Positions 36,345-44,276 of a stretch of DNA of 64,000 bases are shown piece after piece. The stretch is from Longimicrobiales bacterium (lineage in GTDB: Bacteria; Gemmatimonadota; Gemmatimonadetes; Longimicrobiales; Gaopeijiaceae), in contig OZ245327.1 of NCBI GenBank assembly GCA_965225805.1, positions 1,604,603 through 1,668,602 of the forward strand. Direction: 5' to 3'. A program made the translations under genes and the position numbers. The notes under the pieces were generated by a model. It did not search any database, was not told where the DNA came from, and saw only the letters and a program-made list of their open reading frames with translations. Numbering within the stretch: position 1 is the stretch's first letter; the number at the start of each line of letters is the position of its first letter.

Positions 36345-36845
36345 CTATTCGCCTGCACACCGGCGCTCCGCGATCCGCCTGCGGATCCACTCCTCGACCT
36401 CGGCCTCGACCCAGCGCAACACGCGCTCGCTCAGTCGGATCGGCGGGGGGAAGCGACCCTCGGCCACCCAGTCGTAGATCGTGCTCCGTCCCAGGCTCGT
36501 CCGGGCCTGCACCTCCGATACCCGCAGGAAGCGGGTCGGCGGTCTCGTTCTCCGCGCGTTCCCGGTCTCCGCTCTGCTCTTCCGCGTTCTCCTCGCCCGC
36601 GCCCCGGGCCTCGACCTCCGGGTTCGGCCGGGAGGAGCCTGCGCGCCGCCCGGGTCCAGGTCGTAGCCTGCGATGTACGCCAGAACCCGGTCCGCCGTCC
36701 TGAGCGACGGCGAGCGGCCCCGCTCGATCTGGCGCAGCAGGTTCGGGCCGGCCGCCGCCTTCGTGCCGAGCGTCGTCGGACCCATGCCCGGCCAGCTCGG
36801 GAACGCGCTTAGCCGTGTGTTGAATTGCTCTTCCAGCGTTGCCAT
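36345..36845 (-). CDS. alpA: AlpA-like regulatory/excisionase-type HTH protein (intact copy)
   Basis: MATLEEQFNTRLS...RFLRVSEVQARTSLGRSTIYDWVAEGRFPPPIRLSERVLRWVEAEVEEWIRRRI. Confidence 0.7.
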   Translation of the reverse strand: MATLEEQFNTRLSAFPSWPGMGPTTLGTKAAAGPNLLRQIERGRSPSLRTADRVLAYIAGYDLDPGGAQAPPGRTRRSRPGARARRTRKSRAETGNARRTRPPTRFLRVSEVQARTSLGRSTIYDWVAEGRFPPPIRLSERVLRWVEAEVEEWIRRRIAERRCAGE

Positions 36846-37588
36846 TGTGACTGCCGCTCCAGCCGCATCAGGCCCCGTAACGGTGAAAGGGCCCTTCCCG
36901 CGATGTCAACTCCTGGGAAATCGCCCGAGTGTCTCTCCTGTCCGATGTTGTCTCACGTGTCCCTCCTGTCCGGGACGCCGCCGCCAATGCGGTGGCGGAG
37001 CGCCCCCGCGGGGAAGGGGCGGGCGAGGACGGTGTGGCGGGTTGCGAGGCCCGGCCCAGGGAGCCGGGCCCGGGTGGGGTCGAGGAGGGAAACGAGCTGG
37101 GCGGCGTGGCGGAGCTCGAAATGCCCAGGGAAACCGGACACCGTCCTAACGGTGCCGGGCGGGTGGCTCCGGTGAGGACGGTGCGAGCGGGCGCCTCGCC
37201 GGGGTCCGGCGCGGAGGGGGATCCCGTGAAAAGCTGCCCGCCAGGGGCTGGCCGACCTGTTACTGGCCGGGAGTCAGCATACCTTCGTGGCCACAAAGAG
37301 GCAGCCTGCGGGGAAGGCCGTTCAGCAGGTGTCGCGAGGCACGGTCCGCCGAGCCTGCTTCTCCAGCGCCACGCCGGGCTTCATGGCGGCTTGGAGACCG
37401 CCGTACTCGTCAACGATGCCCCTCGACAGGTCATCCGCAGGTTTGCGGCCCCGTCATGGCGGCCTCGTTGGCTAAGCACAAGTATGGCATATACATAATA
37501 GGACTACGGTCATAGTCATGGCCTGCACCTGAGAGGTTAGAATCGTTGGTGGAGACGAGGTGGGCGGCAATCCAGCAGCGACGAACTC

Positions 37589-40500
37589 ATGGAACGTTTG
37601 GCTTGGGGTACACCTGTCGGGCGCGGCCTCCTCGTGGCGGCGTCGCTGTCGGCGACTCTTTGGGCGTACGCCTGCGGCGACGGGGCCACGGAACCCCCGG
37701 CCCCGCCCCCCGACCCTCCGCGGCCGACGACCGTGGCGGTTACGCCCGCGACCGCCCAGCTCGGCGCCTTGGGCGCCACCGTGCAGCTCTCGGCCGAAGT
37801 GCGCGACCAGAACGGACAGGCGATGGCGGGTGCTGCGGTGACCTGGGCGAGCGACGCCACCGCCGTGGCCACGGTCGGTGGATCCGGGTTGGTGACGGCG
37901 GCGGGCAACGGGCCGGCGACGATCACGGCGACGGCGGGCTCGGCATCGGGCATCGCGACGGTGACGGTGGCCCAGGAGGTAAGCGCGGTTGCGGTCTCTC
38001 CGGCGGCCGACACGCTGGTGACGGGCGACACGCTACGCTTGGCGGCCGAAGCGGCCGACGCGAACGGCCATGCAGTGCCGGAGGCGGAGTTCTCGTGGGC
38101 ATCCAGCGACACGCTGGTCGCCGTGGTGGACGACGCGGGTCTCCTGACCGGGGTCGGCGCGGGCGAGGTGGAGATCACGGCCACCGCGGCGGGAGTCACG
38201 GGCCGCGCGGCACTCGCGGTGGTGGCTCCGGCACCGACAACCGTAGCGGTTACCCCCGACACGCTGGCGTTGACGGCCATCGGACAGACCGCGCAGCTCA
38301 CCGCCGAGGTGCGCGACCAGGCCGGGCGTGCGATGGGTGGCGTTCCGGTGTCCTGGTCGAGCGCCGACACGACCGTCGCAGCGGTGGACTCGGCCGGGTC
38401 GGTCACGGCGGCGGGCAGCGGCACGACGACGGTCACAGCGACGGCGGACTCAGCATCGGGCGAAGCCGTGGCGGCGGTGATGCAGTCGGCGGGTTCGGTC
38501 GTCGTGTCGCCGCCTGCGGACACGGTCGCGCCGGGCGACACGCTCCGGCTTGTCGCCGAAGCGTTCGACGAGAACGGGCACCGGGTCGAGGGAGCGAAGT
38601 TCACCTGGTCGTCGAGCAATGCCTCGGTGGCTACCGTGGATGCGACGGGATTGGTCACGGGCGTCGCGGAGGGGACGGCCATGATCACGGCCACGACGGG
38701 AGACGCCTCGGGGACATCCGCGATCACCGTCGAGAACCCGGACCGTGCGGCGCTGGTGGCGCTCTACGAGGCCACCGACGGGCCGAACTGGGTCAACAAC
38801 GAGAACTGGCTGACCGACGCCCCGCTGGGGGACTGGCACGGGGTGGAAACCGATACTTCCGGGCGAGTTATCCGGCTGGTTCTCGCCGGTCGCTGGGACA
38901 ACGATGCCGGCGAGTATGTGCGCTATGGCCTGAAGGGTTTGCTACCGACGGAACTCGCGGATCTTGCTAACCTGAAGGAGCTGCACCTTCAATTCAACGG
39001 TCTGACCGGTCCGATTCCTTCCGAACTCGGCGGCCTCGCCAAGCTGGAGCGATTAGACCTCGGCGGAAACAACCTTTCCGGCCCGATCCCGCCCGAACTT
39101 GGCGGCCTCGCCAAGCTGGAGCGATTAGGCCTCGGCGGAAACAACCTCACCGGCCCGATCCCGCCCGAACTTGGCGGCCTCGCCAAGCTGGAGCGATTAG
39201 GCCTCGGCGGAAACAACCTCACCGGCCCGATCCCGCCCGAACTCGGCGACCTCGCCAACCTGACCTGGCTGAACCTCAGACTGAACGATCTTCTTTCCGG
39301 CCCGATCCCGTCCGAACTCGGCGACCTCGCCAAGCTGACCCAGCTGTACCTCGGCTGGAACAACCTCACCGGCCCGATCCCACCCGAGATCGGCAACCTC
39401 ACTGGGCTGCGGGTTCTGAATCTCGCTTTCAATGACCTGACCGGCACCATCCCCGAGAGCTTACTCAAGCTCGATGGGCTTGAATACTTCAGGTTTGGTG
39501 AGAACGCCGGTCTCTGCGCGCCGGGCACCTCTGCCTTCTTCTCATGGCTGGAAAGGATGGAGCATCGCGCCGACGGTCCCTACTGCAACGCGTCCGACGC
39601 GGATGTGCTCGAAACCCTCTACCAGACGTCCGGCGGACCGAACTGGGCGAACTCCGACGGCTGGCTCGGGACTCCGGCTCTGGAGGAATGGTACGGAGTG
39701 ACCGCCGACTCCCTCGGTCGTGTCGTGACGCTCGACCTCACCGACAACGGGCTGACAGGTCGCCTGCGGGCCGATCTGGGCAAGCTGGCCCAGATGCGCC
39801 GTCTGCGTATCGGAGACAACGGGCTGTCCGGTCGCCTGCCGTTGTCTCTCACCCGCCTGTCGCTTGTCGAACTCCACTACACCGACACCGAGCTGTGCGC
39901 GCCATCCGACGCCTCCTTTCAGACGTGGTTGGCCGGAATACCGTCGCATGAGGGCACCGGCGAGGAGTGTGCCCCGCTAACGGACCGGGAGATCCTTGAG
40001 ATCTTCTACTTTGCGACCGGCGGACCGAATTGGACCAATAACGACAACTGGCTCAGCGATGCACCGCTCCGAGAGTGGTCCGGCGTCTCGACGGACAGCG
40101 ATGGACGGGTTAGGTACTTAGACCTGTTCGAGAACGGCTTGACCGGCGCCCTGCCGCCGGAACTCGGTGGTCTTACACGCCTGGAAGTTCTATCGTTCTT
40201 GCAGAATTGGGAGTTGTCTGGCCGGATTCCCCCTGAGCTCGGAAATCTTGCACGACTTGAGCAACTACTCCTTTCGTTTACGGCTTTGACGGGGCCCATT
40301 CCTCCGGAACTTGGCCGGCTCTCCAAGCTGACGCGGTTTTACGTTTGGCGCACCGGCCTATCCGGCCCCATCCCGCCCGAACTCGGAAATCTGGCCAATC
40401 TGACCAGTATTGCGCTCGGCGAAAACGAATTGACCGGCCCGATCCCTCGGGAACTCGGCAACCTCACCAAGCTGGAAGAACTCCTTTTGGTCAGGAATGC

Positions 40501-42271
40501 GCTGACCGGTTCCGTTCCACCCGAACTCGGCAAGCTCTCCAGTCTGGAACAGCTCTGGCTCGATCAGAACGACTTGACGGGCTCGATTCCTTCAGAACTG
40601 GGACAGCTAACCAGGCTCCGGGAACTCGGAGTCACGAACAACGCAACGATGTCGGGCGTTCTTCCGCCAAGCCTGACCGCTCTTCGGGAACTCGACGAGT
40701 TTACGGCTGCAGGCACGGGCCTGTGCGCGCCTTCGAACCCCGCGTTCGAGGCTTGGCTGGCAGGGATCCGGAAGCGGCGCATCGCCAGTTGCAACGCCGG
40801 AGATGCCGCCGCCGCGTACCTGGTCCAAGCAGTGCAGTCGCGCGATTTTCCTGTCCCACTGGTTGCCGGCGAGCGGGCGCTGCTGCGCGTGTTTCCAACA
40901 GCCCAGCGCGCGACAAGCGCCGGCATTCCGGCGGTCCGGGCCCGGTTTTACCTTGACGGCCGGGAGGTGCACGTGGAGAACATCCCGGCAGCAACCACGC
41001 CCATCCCGACGGACGTCTACGAGGGCGATCTCTCGAAATCCGCCAACGCCGAGATTCCCGGTCATATCGTACAGCCAGGACTCGAGATGGTCATCGAGGT
41101 CGACCCTGACGGGACGCTGGACTCGGCGCTGGGGGTGGCGAAGCGGATTCCGGGCACGGGCCGTGCGACCGTTGAAGTGCAGGCAATGCCCACACTCGAT
41201 CTGACGCTGGTCCCGTTCTTGTGGGCCGCCAACCCGGACTCCTCGATTCTGCACCTCGCCAGCGGCATGGCGGCGGATCCGGAGAACCACGAGATGCTCA
41301 GGGATACCCGGACGCTGCTGCCGGTTGGCGTCTTGGACGTGGAGGCGCACGAGCCCGTCCTGACGGACCACAACAAGGGCGTGAGCCTGGGCACATTGGA
41401 AGCCATCCGCCTGATGGAAGGCGGCAGCGGCCACTACATGGCCTTCGTGTCGCCAAGGAGAGATCTGGGATTGGCTGGCTATGCGCGCGGCAATCGGCTA
41501 AGCGCATCAATGCCTTTTCCTGCAACCATAGCTCACGAGCTCGGGCACAACATGAGTCTCAACCATGCTCCATGTGGCGGTGCCGCAGGACTCGATAGCG
41601 GTTATCCCTATTCCGACGGATCGAGCGGAAGCTGGGGGTATGATCATGAAGGCGGCTGGGTGTTGGTGCATCCATCGCGGCCAGATCTTATGTCGTATTG
41701 TGGGCCGGAGTGGGTCAGCGACTATCATTTCACGAACGCGCTTCGTTATCGGTTGGTGGACGAGGTGCCTCGGGCGGCTGTGGCAGCTGCGAACGTCACC
41801 CGCGGGCTCCTGCTGTGGGGCGGAATTGACGCTGACACGGTGCCATACCTGGAACCGGCGTTCGTCGTTGACGCGCGCCCGGCCCTGCCGTCCTCTGCCG
41901 GCGCGTACACCGTGACCGGCCGGACCGGCGGCGGGACCGAACTCTTCTCGCTCAGCTTCGCCATGCCCGAGACGGCCGATGGCGACGGGAGTTCATCCTT
42001 CGCCTTCGTGCTTCCGGTGCGGGCCGGGTGGGAAGGCAGCCTGGCCAGCATCACCCTCACGGGCCCCTCGGGGTACGCCACACTGGATGGAGAGAGCAAC
42101 CTTGGGATGGCGATCCTGCGCAATCCGCGAACGCGGCAGGTGCGGGGGATACTGCGGGACTTGCCGGCTCCGATCCAGGCCGCCATGGACGCGGCCGGGC
42201 GCGCCGGCCGGGCGGGGCTGGAGGTGCTGTTCAGCCGCGGGATACCGGGAGCGGAGGGGTGGCGGCGATGA
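37589..42271 (+). CDS. giant lipoprotein: 4-5 Big_2 domains + two LRR arrays + C-terminal metzincin-like domain (paralog of 21402..24725)
   Basis: 1560 aa. Lipobox WAYAC. The N-terminus EPPAPPPDPPRPTTV is shared with the paralog. Plant-type LRR units LTGPIPPELG.L..L..L.L..N. HELGHNMSLNH. Confidence 0.8.
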   Translation: MERLAWGTPVGRGLLVAASLSATLWAYACGDGATEPPAPPPDPPRPTTVAVTPATAQLGALGATVQLSAEVRDQNGQAMAGAAVTWASDATAVATVGGSGLVTAAGNGPATITATAGSASGIATVTVAQEVSAVAVSPAADTLVTGDTLRLAAEAADANGHAVPEAEFSWASSDTLVAVVDDAGLLTGVGAGEVEITATAAGVTGRAALAVVAPAPTTVAVTPDTLALTAIGQTAQLTAEVRDQAGRAMGGVPVSWSSADTTVAAVDSAGSVTAAGSGTTTVTATADSASGEAVAAVMQSAGSVVVSPPADTVAPGDTLRLVAEAFDENGHRVEGAKFTWSSSNASVATVDATGLVTGVAEGTAMITATTGDASGTSAITVENPDRAALVALYEATDGPNWVNNENWLTDAPLGDWHGVETDTSGRVIRLVLAGRWDNDAGEYVRYGLKGLLPTELADLANLKELHLQFNGLTGPIPSELGGLAKLERLDLGGNNLSGPIPPELGGLAKLERLGLGGNNLTGPIPPELGGLAKLERLGLGGNNLTGPIPPELGDLANLTWLNLRLNDLLSGPIPSELGDLAKLTQLYLGWNNLTGPIPPEIGNLTGLRVLNLAFNDLTGTIPESLLKLDGLEYFRFGENAGLCAPGTSAFFSWLERMEHRADGPYCNASDADVLETLYQTSGGPNWANSDGWLGTPALEEWYGVTADSLGRVVTLDLTDNGLTGRLRADLGKLAQMRRLRIGDNGLSGRLPLSLTRLSLVELHYTDTELCAPSDASFQTWLAGIPSHEGTGEECAPLTDREILEIFYFATGGPNWTNNDNWLSDAPLREWSGVSTDSDGRVRYLDLFENGLTGALPPELGGLTRLEVLSFLQNWELSGRIPPELGNLARLEQLLLSFTALTGPIPPELGRLSKLTRFYVWRTGLSGPIPPELGNLANLTSIALGENELTGPIPRELGNLTKLEELLLVRNALTGSVPPELGKLSSLEQLWLDQNDLTGSIPSELGQLTRLRELGVTNNATMSGVLPPSLTALRELDEFTAAGTGLCAPSNPAFEAWLAGIRKRRIASCNAGDAAAAYLVQAVQSRDFPVPLVAGERALLRVFPTAQRATSAGIPAVRARFYLDGREVHVENIPAATTPIPTDVYEGDLSKSANAEIPGHIVQPGLEMVIEVDPDGTLDSALGVAKRIPGTGRATVEVQAMPTLDLTLVPFLWAANPDSSILHLASGMAADPENHEMLRDTRTLLPVGVLDVEAHEPVLTDHNKGVSLGTLEAIRLMEGGSGHYMAFVSPRRDLGLAGYARGNRLSASMPFPATIAHELGHNMSLNHAPCGGAAGLDSGYPYSDGSSGSWGYDHEGGWVLVHPSRPDLMSYCGPEWVSDYHFTNALRYRLVDEVPRAAVAAANVTRGLLLWGGIDADTVPYLEPAFVVDARPALPSSAGAYTVTGRTGGGTELFSLSFAMPETADGDGSSSFAFVLPVRAGWEGSLASITLTGPSGYATLDGESNLGMAILRNPRTRQVRGILRDLPAPIQAAMDAAGRAGRAGLEVLFSRGIPGAEGWRR
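39030..39245 (+). repeat. three near-identical 72-bp tandem repeats (24-aa LRR units)
   Basis: GGCGGCCTCGCCAAGCTGGAGCGATTAG(A/G)CCTCGGCGGAAACAACCT(TT/CA)CCGGCCCGATCCCGCCCGAACTT x3. Units 2 and 3 are identical. Confidence 0.9.
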
Positions 42272-42320
42272 CGAAACGTTCCGGCAAGGGATTCGCCGCA
42301 GGGGGGAGCGAGGTGACATG

Positions 42321-42464
42321 GATTCCCGCCAATCGGTTCCGTCTTTCCCGCTGTCGCGACATGATCGAGTCAGTGACGGCCCAACGGCAAGAAACGCAGA
42401 TCGTGCAGTTCTGTATGACTTTAGACGATTTCCTGCCGGGATTTACGCCACCAGTAATCCGCCG
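42321..42464 (+). repeat. junction element copy C (uninterrupted reference copy)
   Basis: GATTCCCGCCAATCGGTTCCGTCTTTCCCGC...CCAACGGCAAGAAACGCAGATCGTGCAGTTCTGTATGACTTTAGACGATTTCCTGCCGGGATTTACGCCACCAGTAATCCGCCG. Confidence 0.85.
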
Positions 42465-42671
42465 TCCCAAGGTGAGCGGCTCGGGCTCGGCTTCCGCCTT
42501 GCCAGCGGGCTCGTGGACCGCGAAGCCAGCGGCAACCTCATCCGCCTGCCTCTTGGCCCTCACCCAGTCGCGGTGCTTCAGCGACCGGGTGAGCCTGCGC
42601 CCGTTCTCGCGCCACTCAATCTGGTACAGGCCGGTTTTCGGGTCGGGGAACACCCTCACCCGGTTCCGGCC

Positions 42672-44089
42672 CCTGTACCCTTGTCGTCGGGGTGTGTACC
42701 AAGTTCGTTCGTAGCGATGGCGACCGGTCCGGGAGTAACCAAAAGGCCCCTGTGCCTGCGAGCACCTCGAATGGAGCAGTGCCCCGGCCGGGAGCCGCGG
42801 TGGATGCCCAGTGGGGAGTATGCGCCTTCGAGCGCCAGTACAGGGACCGGCTGGCATCGCGGCACCGTCCGTCCGCTCGATTCCATCCCGTTCATCTTCG
42901 CGAGGAGAGCTTATGGCAAGAGATTCCGCCTGCTTCGCCGGAGTCGACTGGGCCACGGAGACGCATCACGTCTGCGTGGTCGGCGATGACGGATCGAAGC
43001 AGGAAGAGCGTACCTTCCGGCACAGCGGGAAGGAGCTGGCCAGGATGGCCGATTGGATCGCCGCCAGGTGCGGTGGCGATGCCTCCGGGATCCCCATCGC
43101 CATCGAGGTCCCGCACGGACCGGTGGTCGAGAGCCTGATGGACCGGGGTTTCGCGGTCTACTCGATCAACCCGAAGCAGCTCGATCGCTTCCGCGACCGC
43201 TTCTCCCCGGCCGGTGCCAAGGACGACAGCCGCGATGCGCGCGTGCTCGCCGACGCGCTTCGCACCGACAGCCACTGCTTCCGACGCATCGATCCCCTCG
43301 CCCCGGTCGTCATCGAACTGCGGGAGTGGTCGCGCATCGCCGAAGAGCTGACCCGGGAGCGCACACGCCTCTCCAACCGCGTGCGTGACCAGCTCTGGCG
43401 CTACTACCCGCAGATCCTCGAGGCCACCGAGAATGTGGCCCAGCCCTGGGTCCTCGAGCTCTGGGCACGGGCACCCACGCCGGCCAAGGCCCGCCGGATC
43501 CAGCGCCGCACCCTGGAGGCCCTTCTCAAACGGCACAGGATCCGCCGGATCACGGCCTACGAGTTGCTCGATCTCCTGCGTGTGCCGGCGATTGCCGTCG
43601 CACCGGGAACCACCGAGGCCGCCGTAGCCCACATCAGGAGCGCCACCGAGCGCCTCGGCCTGGTGCACCGGCAACTCGCCGAGGCCAAGCGCGAAATCGG
43701 CCGCCTCCTCGGGTCTCTGTCCACCCCCGAAGAGACCACCTCTGAAGAGCAGAGCCCGGCGAGCAGCGCGACGCGACGATCCTCTCCTCCCTGCCCGGAG
43801 TCGGTCAGACCGTCCTCGCCGCGCTGCTCGCCGAGGCACCGCAACTGGTGGCCAAACGCGACTACCTGGCCCTGCGGTGCCTGTGCGGAGTCGCGCCGGT
43901 GACCAGACGATCCGGCAAGTCAATGATCGTCGTCCGTCGGCTTGCCGCGCACCCGCGCCTCCGTGACGCGGTTTACCACTGGGCTCGTGTCGCCGTCCAA
44001 CATGACGCCACGAGCAAGAAGAAGTACGCCGTCCTTCGCGCACGCGGTCACACTCACGGCCGCGCCCTGCGCTCCGTCGCTGACCGGCT
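42672..44089 (+). mobile_element. IS110-family element (copy a, about 1.42 kb) inserted in the integrase gene
   Basis: Removing 42672..44089 restores CACCCGGTTCCGGCC|CCATTCGCC, the reverse complement of the intact GGCGAATGGGGCCGGAACCGGGTG seen in other integrase copies. Boundaries can slide by 2 nt (CC). Confidence 0.8.
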
Positions 44090-44108
44090 CCATTCGCCGG
44101 CGCCGTAG
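42913..44108 (+). pseudogene. IS110-family transposase (DEDD N-terminal + C-terminal domain), frameshifted near 43750
   Basis: MARDSACFAGVDWATETHHVCVV...INPKQLDRFRDRFSPAGAKDDSRDARVLADAL... then an out-of-frame tail. The +1 frame (43848..44108) restores RDYLALRCLCGVAPVTRRSGKS...DAVYHWARVAV, as in copy b. Confidence 0.75.
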
Positions 44109-44159
44109 CTCCGGCGGCTTCGTTTCGTGCGTGCCATCGTTCGATTCCTCTCGATTGAT

Positions 44160-44175
44160 GGACTGCACGATCTGC
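44160..44175 (-). promoter_or_regulatory. conserved 16-mer GCAGATCGTGCAGTCC upstream of the integrase start
   Basis: Plus strand reads GGACTGCACGATCTGC, 23 nt from ATG 44137. Confidence 0.4.
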
Positions 44176-44276
44176 GCGCCCGAAAGCTCGCACTTGGGAA
44201 GCTGCTTCGCCAGACGGGCGGTTGACGGCGCGCCGGACGCTGCGGCGTTCGGGTGGCAGGGGACTTGACGCCATCG

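Larger units (their letters stand above)
42467..44137 (-). pseudogene. island integrase N-terminal about 83 codons, split by an IS110 insertion after codon 16 and truncated by junction element C
   Basis: 44137..44090 encodes MARTKRSRRSYGAGEW. 42671..42467 continues GRNRVRVFPDPKTGLYQIEWRENGRRLTRSLKHRDWVRAKRQADEVAAGFAVHEPAGKAEAEPEPLTLG. Confidence 0.8.

Noticed and set aside
39030-39245. Regular 72-bp repeats that could be mistaken for a CRISPR array.
   Set aside because: There are no unique spacers. The units are contiguous, in frame, and encode 24-aa LRR units within a long ORF.
32296-42671. Hypothesis that a simple inversion between 32.3 and 42.5 kb split one integrase gene into the C-terminal part at 32330.. 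and the N-terminal part at 42467..42671.
   Set aside because: Both parts contain the same ~39-nt segment (GKAEAE.EPLTLG) and differ in sequence there, so they are not the two halves of one break. Each is separately fused to a junction element.
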